A stretch of 64,000 nt of DNA from Bacteroidia bacterium (lineage in GTDB: Bacteria; Bacteroidota; Bacteroidia; Bacteroidales; UBA932), in NCBI GenBank assembly GCA_009929175.1, contig SABC01000006.1, forward strand, positions 1,655 to 65,654, read 5' to 3'. Position 1 is the first letter of the stretch. Each line of letters opens with the position of its first letter. This document shows, piece by piece, positions 1 through 9,901 of the stretch. Position numbers and translations under genes: made by a program. The notes beneath the pieces were generated by a model. It ran no database searches. It worked only from the letters and a program-made list of their open reading frames with translations, and was not told where the DNA came from.

Positions 1-811
1 TAACGATGTCAATCAGTGGTCCGCGGGCAGTCTCTGCTAGTCTCCTGGTAACTCCGCTCTCTTTTAGCAGGTTACCAAAGAAAAGCATGCCCAGCAGTGG
101 GAGACCCGATGGTACAATGAACGCTGTCAGCAAAAAGCCGATTATGGGGAAGAGTTTCTTTTCGGTCTGGGAAACTGCCCTTGGGGCTTTCATTTTTATA
201 AGACGCTCTTTGTTGGATGTGAGCAGCCTCATGATAGGGGGCTGGATCACAGGAACCAGTGCCATATATGAATAGGCCGATACCGCAATTGCCCCCATCA
301 AATCGGGTGCAAGCCGGGAAGAGAGGAAAATGGCTGTAGGACCATCGGCACCGCCGATAATACCAATTGCACCGGCCTCTGTAGGGGAAAACCCTGCGGC
401 CAGAGCTATTGCATATGCCCCAAAGATGCCGAATTGGGCAGCAGCACCAATGAGCATGAGTTTTGGATTGGATATGAGTGCCGAGAAATCTGTCATGGCT
501 CCGATTCCAAGGAAAATCAGCGGCGGGTAGAATCCTTTCTGAACACCCTGGTACAGGATGTTCAAAACAGAGCCCTCTTCGTAAACTCCAACCTGCAGGC
601 CGGGAAAGAGAGGAATGTTACCTATGATTATACCGAAACCGATAGGAACCAAAAGGAGTGGTTCCCAATCCTTTTTTATGGCCAGGTATATGAACAGCAA
701 TCCTATTGCAATCATCAATATATGGCCGGGAGTAGCATTTGCAAACCCGGTATATTGCAAGAAAGTAGAGAGGTTGTCTGTCAGTAATGAGAAAAGTCCG
801 TTGTTTTCCAT
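1..811 (-). CDS. mmdB: Na+-translocating (methylmalonyl-CoA) decarboxylase beta subunit, 3' end outside window
   Basis: Not in the ORF track because it runs off the edge. Manual translation from ATG at 811 gives MENNGLFSLLTDNLSTFLQYTGFANATPGHILMIAIGLLFIYLAIKKDWEPLLLVPIGFGIIIGNIP, the OadB/MmdB signature, with IGIIGGADGPTAIF further on. Directly follows the biotin carrier gene. Confidence 0.93.
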   Translation of the reverse strand, partial: MENNGLFSLLTDNLSTFLQYTGFANATPGHILMIAIGLLFIYLAIKKDWEPLLLVPIGFGIIIGNIPLFPGLQVGVYEEGSVLNILYQGVQKGFYPPLIFLGIGAMTDFSALISNPKLMLIGAAAQFGIFGAYAIALAAGFSPTEAGAIGIIGGADGPTAIFLSSRLAPDLMGAIAVSAYSYMALVPVIQPPIMRLLTSNKERLIKMKAPRAVSQTEKKLFPIIGFLLTAFIVPSGLPLLGMLFFGNLLKESGVTRRLAETARGPLIDIV

Positions 812-812
812 A

Positions 813-1235
813 TTATCCTATGATTATTAAAGGGGCTCCTTCCAATACGGAGTCTCCTTTATTCGCTTTAACACTTACTACTTTCCCGTCTGCAGTAGCT
901 TCGATGACATTCTCCATCTTCATGGCCTCAAGTACCATCATTTTTTGACCTTTTTTGACAGCATCACCCTCTTTGACAACAACTTCCAGGATAACTCCGG
1001 GAAGTGGTGACGAAACAACAGTCTCGCTGCCCGATGCTACCGGCCGGCTGATGTTGGCCTCTACCTGGGCAGGTTTGTTGATCTTTGCTGCAGATGAGAC
1101 CTTCTTTTTGGCCGGTCTTTCGATCTCTACCTTGAAAGGAGTGCCGTTTACCTCCACCTCTGCAATTGTATCTTCTACGTTAGCAACGGTTACGGCGTAA
1201 TCGTTACCGTTGATTTTCAATTTATATTCTTTCAT
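813..1235 (-). CDS. mmdC: Biotin carboxyl carrier subunit of methylmalonyl-CoA decarboxylase
   Basis: C-terminal biotinyl domain with EAMKM biotin-lysine motif and SPLPGVI; operon context. Confidence 0.92.
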   Translation of the reverse strand: MKEYKLKINGNDYAVTVANVEDTIAEVEVNGTPFKVEIERPAKKKVSSAAKINKPAQVEANISRPVASGSETVVSSPLPGVILEVVVKEGDAVKKGQKMMVLEAMKMENVIEATADGKVVSVKANKGDSVLEGAPLIIIG

Positions 1236-1252
1236 TACGTTTTCGGATTTTT

Positions 1253-2191
1253 CTATTTTTTACTTGGGGTTTCTCTTAGGGTGTAGATTTTTGAACTCCA
1301 CGGTGAGTAATTCCTGGTGACTTTTTCTATTGTCAGGATAGTGTTCTCAATATCATGGCTCTCATCGTCTTCAAAATAGGCGTGGAGGGCAGTGGCAATG
1401 GCAGCATACACCTCTGCAGGGGTATCTTCACATGTTGTGCAGATATCCTTTTCGCTTTTACCCGAGGCAACAGCCGCTTTTTTCTTGCTTTTTCGAATGT
1501 TATAATTGCCATAATGTTTGAATACAACGTAGAGAAGAATAAGGGACAGGAAAACAACAGACATTGCTGTAATTGACATGATGACACCATAAGGGTCAAT
1601 CTGCATGAACTTCATCCCGGCCGGCTCGGCATAGGCGCCGTAGTTGTTGGTGCTGGGAGAGGTCCTTTCCATGATTGCCCATGTGCCGGCAAGATCGGCC
1701 TCCTTACGGTTTTTCATTACGGTGTGTCCGTCCTTTATCCTTCCGTAGGATTGGTTCTCTCCGATAAGTTCATGGGGAATCTCGATCCTGTCGACGATTG
1801 TCCTCCCGTCACTGCTCACAAAGAGAATCTCTTTGGAATCTTCGAGCAGGAAGTTGATATGGAATGTACCCCTGAAAGGTTGTTCGTCAGCCCAAAAGAG
1901 GGTGTGCTGGCGGGGTTTGATCTTGGTAAGGACATCTCCCCTTGGTATCATGTACATTTTGAGGTTGTCCGGATCATTGGTCAGGTAGCAGCCTCCTATG
2001 TCAACAGTCCCGTAAGAGGTGTTGAAAAGCTCAATCCAGCCGCTCTTATGTCCGAAGTCATCCATGAAATCGTCTGTGTTGTGCACAAGTATTTCATTGA
2101 TCCTGATATCGGACATATTTTGGGCGGTAAGGGTTCCGGATAAGGCCAATATCCCCAACAACAAGAGTATTCTAAAATTTAATTTCTTCAT
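1253..2191 (-). CDS. OadG/MmdD-type decarboxylase anchoring subunit fused to an N-terminal exported lamin-tail-like (LTD) domain
   Basis: Signal peptide; IRINEIL...WIELFN...YLTND LTD-like motif; TM helix (AMSVVFLSLILLYVVF); EVYAAIATAL and YSPWSSKIY C-terminus as in Bacteroidetes OadG; sits between mmdA and mmdC. Confidence 0.8.
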   Translation of the reverse strand: MKKLNFRILLLLGILALSGTLTAQNMSDIRINEILVHNTDDFMDDFGHKSGWIELFNTSYGTVDIGGCYLTNDPDNLKMYMIPRGDVLTKIKPRQHTLFWADEQPFRGTFHINFLLEDSKEILFVSSDGRTIVDRIEIPHELIGENQSYGRIKDGHTVMKNRKEADLAGTWAIMERTSPSTNNYGAYAEPAGMKFMQIDPYGVIMSITAMSVVFLSLILLYVVFKHYGNYNIRKSKKKAAVASGKSEKDICTTCEDTPAEVYAAIATALHAYFEDDESHDIENTILTIEKVTRNYSPWSSKIYTLRETPSKK

Positions 2192-2207
2192 TTTGCTGGT
2201 TGTTTGA

Positions 2208-3761
2208 TTATAGAGGCAGGTTATCGTGTTTCTTTGGAGGGTTTACCAGTTTTTTTGTTGCCAGTTGTTGTAAAGCCCTGATTATGCGGAAGCGTGTGTT
2301 ACGTGGTTCGATGATGTCATCAATGTAACCGTAACGGGCTGCATTGTAAGGATTGGCAAACGCATCCCTGTATTCTTTTTCCTTTTCGGCCGAGAAAGCA
2401 ACAGGATCCTCGGCAGCTGCCACCTCTTTACCATAGAGAACCTCGATAGCTCCCGAAGGACCCATAACGGCAATCTCTGCAGTCGGCCACGCATAGTTGA
2501 TGTCTCCCCGAAGGTGTTTGCTGCTCATAACGCAGTATGCTCCACCGTAGGATTTTCTTAAGGTAATGGTAACCTTTGGAACAGTAGCCTCACCATATGC
2601 GTACAGAAGTTTTGCTCCGTGCAGGATGATTCCGCCATATTCCTGCTGTGTACCAGGCAAGAAACCGGGCACGTCCACAAGTGTCACCAGTGGGATGTTG
2701 AATGCGTCGCAAAACCTTACAAAACGGGCAGCTTTACGGGATGCATTATTATCCAGAACACCGGCCAGCACCTTTGGCTGGTTGGCCACTATTCCAACAG
2801 AGGTGCCGTTGAAACGGGCAAAACCAACTATGATATTGGTTGCATAATCCTTGTGAACTTCAAGGAATTTTCCGTCATCCACGATGGACCCGATAACCTC
2901 GTACATATCGTAAGGTTTGTTGGGACTATCCGGGATTATCTCGTTGAGTGAGTCATCAAGCCTGTCGATAGGGTCCGAAGTTGGTAAAACAGGTGCCTCT
3001 TCCAGGTTGTTTTGGGGCAGGTATGCCATCAGGTCCCGGATCACTCTTATGCCATCTTCTTCGGTCTCCACTGCAAAATGTGCCACACCACTCTTGGATG
3101 CGTGTACACTAGCTCCGCCAAGTTGTTCCTGGGTTACATCTTCTCCTGTAACGGTCTTTACAACCTTGGGACCGGTAAGGAACATATAGCTGGTTCCTTT
3201 GGTCATGATATTGAAGTCGGTAAGGGCAGGGGAGTAAACGGCCCCGCCGGCACATGGACCGAATATTGCCGAAATTTGGGGAATGACACCGGATGCCAAT
3301 ATGTTTCTTTGGAAAATTTCTGCGTAACCAGCGAGTGCATTCACACCCTCCTGGATACGGGCTCCTCCTGAATCGTTCACACCAATAACAGGTGCTCCCA
3401 TCTTCATTGCCTGGTCCATGATTTTGCAAATCTTCATTGCAAAACTCTCCGAAAGGGATCCTCCGAATACGGTAAAATCCTGTGCGAATACATAGACCAA
3501 TCTTCCGTCGATAGTTCCGTAACCTGTAACTACACCATCCCCGAGAAAACTATTCTTTTCCATACCGAAGTTGGTGCAACGGTGTGTCACAAACATATCA
3601 TACTCTTCAAAACTTCCTTCGTCAAGAAGCATGGCGATTCTCTCACGTGCAGTATATTTACCTTTTTGATGCTGTGAGTCGATACGTTTTTGACCACCTC
3701 CCAAACGTGCTTTTTCACGTAGCTGAATCAGCGCTTTAACCTGTTCTAGTTGTTGGCTCAT
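2208..3761 (-). CDS. mmdA: Methylmalonyl-CoA decarboxylase alpha subunit (acyl-CoA carboxyltransferase)
   Basis: [53 protein letters not shown] and KKHDNLPL motifs of the PccB/MmdA family. Confidence 0.95.
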   Translation of the reverse strand: MSQQLEQVKALIQLREKARLGGGQKRIDSQHQKGKYTARERIAMLLDEGSFEEYDMFVTHRCTNFGMEKNSFLGDGVVTGYGTIDGRLVYVFAQDFTVFGGSLSESFAMKICKIMDQAMKMGAPVIGVNDSGGARIQEGVNALAGYAEIFQRNILASGVIPQISAIFGPCAGGAVYSPALTDFNIMTKGTSYMFLTGPKVVKTVTGEDVTQEQLGGASVHASKSGVAHFAVETEEDGIRVIRDLMAYLPQNNLEEAPVLPTSDPIDRLDDSLNEIIPDSPNKPYDMYEVIGSIVDDGKFLEVHKDYATNIIVGFARFNGTSVGIVANQPKVLAGVLDNNASRKAARFVRFCDAFNIPLVTLVDVPGFLPGTQQEYGGIILHGAKLLYAYGEATVPKVTITLRKSYGGAYCVMSSKHLRGDINYAWPTAEIAVMGPSGAIEVLYGKEVAAAEDPVAFSAEKEKEYRDAFANPYNAARYGYIDDIIEPRNTRFRIIRALQQLATKKLVNPPKKHDNLPL

Positions 3762-3785
3762 TGTATTTTATTGTTAAAAAATTAA

Positions 3786-4208
3786 TTACATAGAAGTTTT
3801 GGAGGGATCCTCGCATAGTTCAGTCAACACGCCGATTGTGGATTTTGGATGCAGGAAAGCTATGTTAAGACCTTCGGCTCCTTTGCGCGGAGCTTTGTCT
3901 ATGAGCTGGACTCCTTTGCCGGCAAGTTCGTCAAGGCTTTTCTGGAGACCGTCTTCGGTAGCAAATGCAATATGGTGCACACCCTCTCCCTTCTTCTCGA
4001 TGAATTTGCCTATGGGGCCTTCGGGATCGGTGCTCTCAAGAAGTTCAATCTTGGTTTGACCAACTTTGAAGAAGGCAGTTTTGACTTTTTGGTCGGCAAC
4101 TTCTTCTACAGCATAACACTTTAGTCCGAGCATTTGCTCATACATTGGTATTGCGTTCTCTAATGATTTGACAGCGATACCGATGTGCTCAATATGCGAT
4201 AGTTTCAT
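3786..4208 (-). CDS. mce: Methylmalonyl-CoA epimerase
   Basis: HIGIAV, KIELLE, EGVHHIAF and FLHPK..GVLTELCE VOC-family motifs; first gene of the mmd operon. Confidence 0.95.
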   Translation of the reverse strand: MKLSHIEHIGIAVKSLENAIPMYEQMLGLKCYAVEEVADQKVKTAFFKVGQTKIELLESTDPEGPIGKFIEKKGEGVHHIAFATEDGLQKSLDELAGKGVQLIDKAPRKGAEGLNIAFLHPKSTIGVLTELCEDPSKTSM

Positions 4209-4251
4209 AATTGTATAAAATATTTGTGATAAATTTTTAGTAAATATCCCG

Positions 4252-4282
4252 CGAAGGTATGAAATTATAAGATGTAGTCAAA
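4252..4282 (-). promoter_or_regulatory. Bacteroidetes sigma-A-type promoter for the mce-mmd operon
   Basis: Minus strand reads TTTG-N19-TACCTTCG (one mismatch to TAnnTTTG). Confidence 0.55.
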
Positions 4283-4314
4283 AAAAAAGCGGTTGTTTTC
4301 GCAACCACTTTTTT
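4280..4314 (-). terminator. Intrinsic terminator after yebC
   Basis: Minus strand GTGGTTG-CGAAAA-CAACCGC followed by T9, about 12 nt after the yebC stop. Confidence 0.75.
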
Positions 4315-4326
4315 GTCCAGGCCACT

Positions 4327-5043
4327 TTAGTTGGCCATTGTATGGTAAACGCTTTGGACGTCGTCGTCGTTTTCGAAGCGTTCGATAAGTTTCTCTATTT
4401 CGGTCCGCTCCTCAGCGTTCAACTGCTTGAGTTCTGTGTTGGGAATCCTTTCGAAACCTCCTGTTACAAGCTCGTATCCCTTCTCTTCGATGAATTTTTG
4501 GATATTGCCGTATGATTCAAAACTGCCATAGATGACGATTTCATCTTCTTCCATGAAAAGCTCTTCGGCACCATAATCTATCAGCTCCAGTTCCAGCTCT
4601 TCAATATCTACAGGGGAACTGCTTTTGACCTTGAATACAGATTTGCGTTCAAACATGAATTCAACACTGCCCGATGTGCCGAGTGAACCACCGAATTTGT
4701 TGAAGTAACTCCTGATGTTGGCTACAGTGCGGGTTGTGTTATCGGTAGCAGTCTCTACAAGGAATGCTATGCCATGGGGCCCGTATCCTTCGTATACCAC
4801 CTCTTTGTATTCGGAGTGGTCCTTTTCTACAGCCCTTTTTATAGCCCGCTCAATGTTGTCCTTGGGCATGTTTTCGGCCCTTGCATTTGAGATGAGTGCA
4901 CGAAGCCTTGGATTGTTATCGGGATCGGTGCCACCGCTTTTGGCAGCCATTGTTATCTCCTTGCCAAGCCTGGTAAATACACGGGCCATGTTGCCCCATC
5001 TCTTGAACTTGCGTTCTTTCCTGAATTCAAACGCTCTTCCCAT
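4327..5043 (-). CDS. yebC: YebC/PmpR family protein
   Basis: MGRAFEFRK Bacteroidetes-type start; NMPKDNIERAI, YEGYGPHG and TDNTTRT motifs. Confidence 0.95.
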   Translation of the reverse strand: MGRAFEFRKERKFKRWGNMARVFTRLGKEITMAAKSGGTDPDNNPRLRALISNARAENMPKDNIERAIKRAVEKDHSEYKEVVYEGYGPHGIAFLVETATDNTTRTVANIRSYFNKFGGSLGTSGSVEFMFERKSVFKVKSSSPVDIEELELELIDYGAEELFMEEDEIVIYGSFESYGNIQKFIEEKGYELVTGGFERIPNTELKQLNAEERTEIEKLIERFENDDDVQSVYHTMAN

Positions 5044-5045
5044 GA

Positions 5046-5717
5046 TTATTCGGAATCTATCCTTGCAATGTATTTATCTGCATCCATCCCTTCGGGACTT
5101 TGAGGATACTTTAGCTTGATCTCTTCGTAAAGTTTTTTTGCAGATTGCTTGTCGCCCTCCTCTTCGTGCATTATTGCTGCCTTCATAAGGTATCCGGCCG
5201 CAAAAATATTGTCTGAATAAGAGGCAGCCTTCATATACTGGCTGATTGCCTCCTTGTTTTTGAGAAGCCCTGCATATGCATCACCTATGTTGGCAATAGC
5301 CCGGGCCTGCATTATAGGGTCCTTGGATTTGTATTTTTTAAGGGCGGAGAGAGCCTCTTCAAAATTGCCGAGGTGGAGGTTGCATACACCGGAGTACATA
5401 TATACCGATGCAGGTGCCGCAGAGCCGTATTCTTTGATGATTTGACTGAACCCAAGTGAGTTGCCGTCACCGTTAAGAGCGGCTTCGAAATTGTCGTTAC
5501 GGAAAAACCTTTCGGCAGCGAATGTTTGTGCCATGGCCTCTTCTTTTAGTGGCTTACGGTAGAACTGGGTGTAAGAGAAACCTATCGCTGCAATGGCTAC
5601 GATTGCCACAACCGAGTAGATTAGGATATTCTTGTTCTTTTCCAGAAACTGTTCTGTTGCATTCAGTGCATTTTCGACACTCTCTTCGGGATCCTGATGT
5701 TTAATTTTCTTTGACAT
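5046..5717 (-). CDS. Single-TM tetratricopeptide repeat protein (YfgM-like architecture)
   Basis: One N-terminal TM helix, ALNGDG..LGF motif and TPR helices; the conserved Bacteroidetes gene divergent from recF. Confidence 0.75.
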   Translation of the reverse strand: MSKKIKHQDPEESVENALNATEQFLEKNKNILIYSVVAIVAIAAIGFSYTQFYRKPLKEEAMAQTFAAERFFRNDNFEAALNGDGNSLGFSQIIKEYGSAAPASVYMYSGVCNLHLGNFEEALSALKKYKSKDPIMQARAIANIGDAYAGLLKNKEAISQYMKAASYSDNIFAAGYLMKAAIMHEEEGDKQSAKKLYEEIKLKYPQSPEGMDADKYIARIDSE

Positions 5718-5740
5718 TTTCAGATTTTTTTAGCAGGTTG

Positions 5741-5798
5741 CAAAATTACAATATTTTATCATATCTCAAACTTTAAATCGATAAAATAAGTAACTTTG
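5741..5798. promoter_or_regulatory. Divergent promoter pair (TPR gene / recF)
   Basis: TAATTTTG on minus (5748-5741, with TTTG 18 nt upstream) and TAACTTTG on plus (5791-5798). Confidence 0.65.
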
Positions 5799-5817
5799 TA
5801 AGACAACTCGATCACAA

Positions 5818-6906
5818 ATGTATTTAAATAAATTATCCATTTCGGAATTCAAAAACATTTCGGGAGCCACTTTGGATTTTTCGCCTAATCTCAATTGTAT
5901 CACAGGTATTAACGGTTCCGGGAAAACCAATGTGCTGGATGCTGTCTATTACCTTTCGATGACAAAGAGTTATTTTTCCAATCCGGACAGCCAATCCATC
6001 GCCTATACTGCCCGGCAATGCCATGTTTCCGGTGAGTATACACGTTTTGATGCAAGCAAGGATATTATCTCATTCTCGATAGAGAGAAACGGATCCAAAG
6101 TATTCAAGCGAAACTCAAAAAATTACTCGAGGCTCTCGGATCATATCGGGGTTATCCCTATTGTAATGGTTTCTCCCTACGATACTTGCCTGGTGAATGA
6201 GTCGGGTGAAGAGAGGAGACGTTTCCTCAACTCCATCTTATCGCAGCTGGACGCCGAGTACCTCAGAAGGCTGCAAAATTACAACCAGTTGCTGCAACAA
6301 AGGAACCGGCTTCTCAAATCGGAGGATATCAACGAAGATCTTTTGGACACCTTCACCTCCCGATTGTCGGTAAATGCATCTTATATATATGATAAAAGGG
6401 AGGAATTCACTCTTTTGCTCACTCCCATCGTAAAGAAATACTACAATTTGATATCCGGAATGAGGGAGGAGATATCCATAGAATATGTGTCGGAACTCAG
6501 GGAGTCTTCCTTGGAACAATTGCTTGCCATTAACAGAGAAAAGGAAAAAATTCTAAAGTTTACCTCTGCAGGTATACAGCGGGATGATCTGCTCTTTTCA
6601 ATGAATGGCCATAAATTCCGTTTATGCGGTTCCCAAGGGCAGCAAAAAACGTTCCTCATATCCCTCAAGTTAGCCCAGTTCGAAATTATGCGGGAGATGT
6701 ACAAGAAACAGCCCATTCTGTTGCTGGACGACGTTTTTGACAAACTGGACATGACCCGCGTTGAGGCTTTGCTGGGTCTGGTATCTTCGGATATCTTTGG
6801 GCAGATTTTTATAACTGACAGCAATAAAGTAAGGGTCAAAGAGATATTGGACACAATCGGAGGTGATTCGGCGTTGTTTGAATTAAACGGGGGAGATTTA
6901 AGATGA
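5818..6906 (+). CDS. recF: DNA replication and repair protein RecF
   Basis: Walker A GINGSGKTN, EERRRF, GSQGQQK and LLLDDVFDKLD. Confidence 0.95.
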   Translation: MYLNKLSISEFKNISGATLDFSPNLNCITGINGSGKTNVLDAVYYLSMTKSYFSNPDSQSIAYTARQCHVSGEYTRFDASKDIISFSIERNGSKVFKRNSKNYSRLSDHIGVIPIVMVSPYDTCLVNESGEERRRFLNSILSQLDAEYLRRLQNYNQLLQQRNRLLKSEDINEDLLDTFTSRLSVNASYIYDKREEFTLLLTPIVKKYYNLISGMREEISIEYVSELRESSLEQLLAINREKEKILKFTSAGIQRDDLLFSMNGHKFRLCGSQGQQKTFLISLKLAQFEIMREMYKKQPILLLDDVFDKLDMTRVEALLGLVSSDIFGQIFITDSNKVRVKEILDTIGGDSALFELNGGDLR

Positions 6907-7193
6907 GAAGGCAAAAGGCGGTTCCGGTAGGTGAGATATTCCTCGAGATGTTAAAGAGGAACGGGCTCGAAGAGGGTGTTGTGAGGGTGGACATTTTCAA
7001 TGCCTGGAACAGTGTAGTAGGGGAGAGATATTCCAGGTACACAACTTCAAAGTTTTTCAGGGACGGAAGGTTGGTGTGCACAATCTCCTCCTCGGCAGCA
7101 AAGAGCACATTGATCATGCATCGTTTGAAAATTGTGCAAAAGATCAACACAATCCTTGGGAAGCAAATAGTAAAAGAGCTGATTGTAAAATAG
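6903..7193 (+). CDS. DUF721 / DciA-like helicase-loading protein
   Basis: ATGA overlap with recF; W..VVG, L.....SS and IN..LG...V..L pattern of DUF721; canonical position after recF. Confidence 0.8.
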   Translation: MRRQKAVPVGEIFLEMLKRNGLEEGVVRVDIFNAWNSVVGERYSRYTTSKFFRDGRLVCTISSSAAKSTLIMHRLKIVQKINTILGKQIVKELIVK

Positions 7194-7208
7194 AATGTTA
7201 CTTATGCA

Positions 7209-8309
7209 ATGAAAATAGTTGTAGATTCCGATATACCTTTTATAAAAGGAGTGCTTGAGCCTTGGTTTGAGGTGACCTATTCCAAAGGGAGCCAGATTGA
7301 CAATGTTTTGGCCAAAGATGCAACGGCATTGTTGGTAAGGACAAGGACTCGCTGTGACAGTGCGCTTTTGTCGGGCAGTAGTGTCAAGGCAATCTTTACT
7401 GCAACAATCGGCATGGACCATATTGACCTGGACTATTGCAACCGCAGGGGGATAGAGGTTTTCAACGCAGCGGGCTGCAATGCAGGTGGTGTGATGCAGT
7501 ATGTTATCACTGCAATGTTCGAAATCCTGAAAATCAAAGAGGAGGCATTCAAAGAGAAAAAGGTAGGAATAATTGGTGCCGGTAACGTTGGAGAGAGGAT
7601 AGCCCGGTTCCTTGAGGGGACTGGAATTGAGGTAATGCGCTGTGATCCTCCAAAAAGTTTACTGGGAAACGGGATCAACTATTACAAACTGGATAAGGTT
7701 TTGGAATCTTGCGATATAATTTCGCTTCATGTCCCTTTGGATTCCACGACCCGAAACATGTGCGATTGGGATTTCCTTCAAAAATTAAAACAGGGTTCTT
7801 ACCTTATAAATACATCAAGGGGAGAGGTTGTGGCCGAACAGGATTTGTTAAGAGAGAGGAGCAGGCTAGGAGCCTTGGTGCTGGATGTGTGGGCAAATGA
7901 GCCACAGATTAATTTGGAGCTTATGGGGGTATGCGATATTGCAACTCCTCATATCGCCGGCTATTCATATGAAGGTAAGTTAAATGCCACATTGTTTTCC
8001 GTCAGGAATATCGGAACTCTTTTTGGGATAAAGGAGCTTTCAGGTTTCGAGATTTTTACAGACCCTGCTCCAAGGATCGCAAAAGTTGAATATGACGGAA
8101 AGAGTCCCGAGTCATCAATTTCAAAGGTGTTGTCCGGGATATATCCAATTATGGAAGAGAGCCTTTTGTTAAAGAGTGACCCGGGAAACTTTGAATCCAT
8201 AAGAGGCAACTACAACTTCAGAAGGGAGTTCCGGTATGACTTGTCCGTTATCCTGAAAAGCTTCTTGAAAAGTAGTACTTTATATAATCAGCAGATTACT
8301 AATACATGA
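7209..8309 (+). CDS. pdxB: 4-phosphoerythronate dehydrogenase
   Basis: MKIVVDSDIPF, LVRTRT, ATIGMDHID, GIIGAGNVG, LDVWANEP and ATPHIAGYSYEGK. Confidence 0.92.
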   Translation: MKIVVDSDIPFIKGVLEPWFEVTYSKGSQIDNVLAKDATALLVRTRTRCDSALLSGSSVKAIFTATIGMDHIDLDYCNRRGIEVFNAAGCNAGGVMQYVITAMFEILKIKEEAFKEKKVGIIGAGNVGERIARFLEGTGIEVMRCDPPKSLLGNGINYYKLDKVLESCDIISLHVPLDSTTRNMCDWDFLQKLKQGSYLINTSRGEVVAEQDLLRERSRLGALVLDVWANEPQINLELMGVCDIATPHIAGYSYEGKLNATLFSVRNIGTLFGIKELSGFEIFTDPAPRIAKVEYDGKSPESSISKVLSGIYPIMEESLLLKSDPGNFESIRGNYNFRREFRYDLSVILKSFLKSSTLYNQQITNT

Positions 8310-8316
8310 AACTGAT

Positions 8317-9834
8317 ATGTTTGACAATATGTTTACAAATGAAGATCTGAAAGAGATTGAACAGAGAGGTTCATCACCCCATACTATCCTTGAGCAGTTG
8401 AAGAAGTTCGAGAATGGTTTTCCTTCTCCAGATGTTGTGGCTGCAGCAACTCCATCAAAAGGGATCAGGATTCTTTCCAGGGAAGAGCAATCCGGTTTTG
8501 CAGCAAAATATATGGCTTACAATGGCACAATCTGCAAATTTGTCCCGGCTTCGGGAGCAGCGACAAGGATGTTCAAGGAGCTGTTCGAAGCTCTTTCAAG
8601 TATTGAAGCCGGAGAAGGAGATGCTCTTTTGGAGGATTTTTTTGATAATCTCGGCAAATACCCTTTTTACCCCGAATTAAAGGCGTCTTTGGATGGTGTT
8701 CTGACGGAGCAAAAGGGCTCCATAAACAAGAAATGCATTTTGGAACATCTGCTCACAAATAAGGGCTTGGGTTACGGATCCCTTCCCAAAGGATTGGTTA
8801 AGTTTCACAGATATGGCAATTACTCCCGTACAGCCATGGAGGAGCATATGTGTGAGGCGGCGGGTTATGCTATGGACCAGCATGGTACTGCAAGGTTGGT
8901 TTTTACTGTCTCTCCCGAACACCTTAAGCTCTTCCGCGAGTTGACAGAAAAAGTCAAGGGTGTGTTTGAAAAGCGATACAGGTACAACCTTGAAGTCTCT
9001 TTCACTTTACAAAAACCATCAACCGATACCATTGCCGTAAATATGGTTAACCAGCCCTTCCGAAGCAAAGCCGGCAAATTATTGTTTAGGCCGGGCGGGC
9101 ATGGGGCTCTGATAGAAAATCTTAACGATATTGATGCAGATATTGTGATTATTAAAAATATAGATAATATTACCCGGGAAGAACTCACTACAGACACAAC
9201 ATGGTGGAAAAAGGTTCTGGGAGGTGTTTTACTGGATGTGCAGGAGCAACTGTTTGCATATCTCAAGCTCCTCGATGGCGAGAGAAAGGAGGGACTGACA
9301 ACTGAAATAAGGAACTTTGTATGCAGGGTATTTTGCATGGAGCTGCCCAAGGTTCATGATTCCATAGAGAGGGAATTTTTGAAAAACATCCTTAACCGGC
9401 CTTTGAGGGTCTGTGGTATGGTTAAGAACCAAGGAGAACCAGGAGGTGGACCGTTTTTAGTAAGGGATGCTGATGGTACCGTCTCCTTGCAGATTCTGGA
9501 GGGGGCCCAATTAGACCTCTCCAATCCCAAAGTAGCTTCCAAAGTAAGTGAGGCAACTCACTTCAACCCTGTTGACCTGGTCTGTTCCCTTAATGATTAC
9601 AAAGGTAACCGCTTTGACCTTTTGAAATATGTAGATCCGGAGACCGGTTTCATTTCATATAAAAGTGCGGAGGGGGTTCCTATTAAAGCTCTTGAACTAC
9701 CGGGGCTTTGGAACGGTGCAATGAGCCGGTGGAACACAATCTTCGTGGAGGTTCCGGTCTCTACATTCTCCCCTGTCAAAACGGTCTTTGACCTTTTGAG
9801 GCCAGAGCACCTAGGGGTAACAGGAACTGTGTAA
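8317..9834 (+). CDS. DUF4301 family protein (putative nucleotidyltransferase fold)
   Basis: KFVPASGAATRMFK, LFRPGGHGALIENL, IKNIDN, GMVKNQGEPGGGPF, THFNPVDLVC, LELPGLWNGAM and FSPVKTVFDLL. Confidence 0.88.
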   Translation: MFDNMFTNEDLKEIEQRGSSPHTILEQLKKFENGFPSPDVVAAATPSKGIRILSREEQSGFAAKYMAYNGTICKFVPASGAATRMFKELFEALSSIEAGEGDALLEDFFDNLGKYPFYPELKASLDGVLTEQKGSINKKCILEHLLTNKGLGYGSLPKGLVKFHRYGNYSRTAMEEHMCEAAGYAMDQHGTARLVFTVSPEHLKLFRELTEKVKGVFEKRYRYNLEVSFTLQKPSTDTIAVNMVNQPFRSKAGKLLFRPGGHGALIENLNDIDADIVIIKNIDNITREELTTDTTWWKKVLGGVLLDVQEQLFAYLKLLDGERKEGLTTEIRNFVCRVFCMELPKVHDSIEREFLKNILNRPLRVCGMVKNQGEPGGGPFLVRDADGTVSLQILEGAQLDLSNPKVASKVSEATHFNPVDLVCSLNDYKGNRFDLLKYVDPETGFISYKSAEGVPIKALELPGLWNGAMSRWNTIFVEVPVSTFSPVKTVFDLLRPEHLGVTGTV

Positions 9835-9847
9835 ATGTCAATAATGT

Positions 9848-9885
9848 AAAAAAAAGGATGCAGTTACAAACTGCATCCTTTTTTT
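9848..9885. terminator. Bidirectional intrinsic terminator
   Basis: A8-GGATGCAGTT-ACA-AACTGCATCC-T7 perfect stem between convergent genes. Confidence 0.9.
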
Positions 9886-9901
9886 AAATTGTGTAAATCG
9901 C

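Noticed and set aside
6-830. Plus-strand ORFs at the window start
   Set aside because: They are shadows of the minus-strand mmdB gene.
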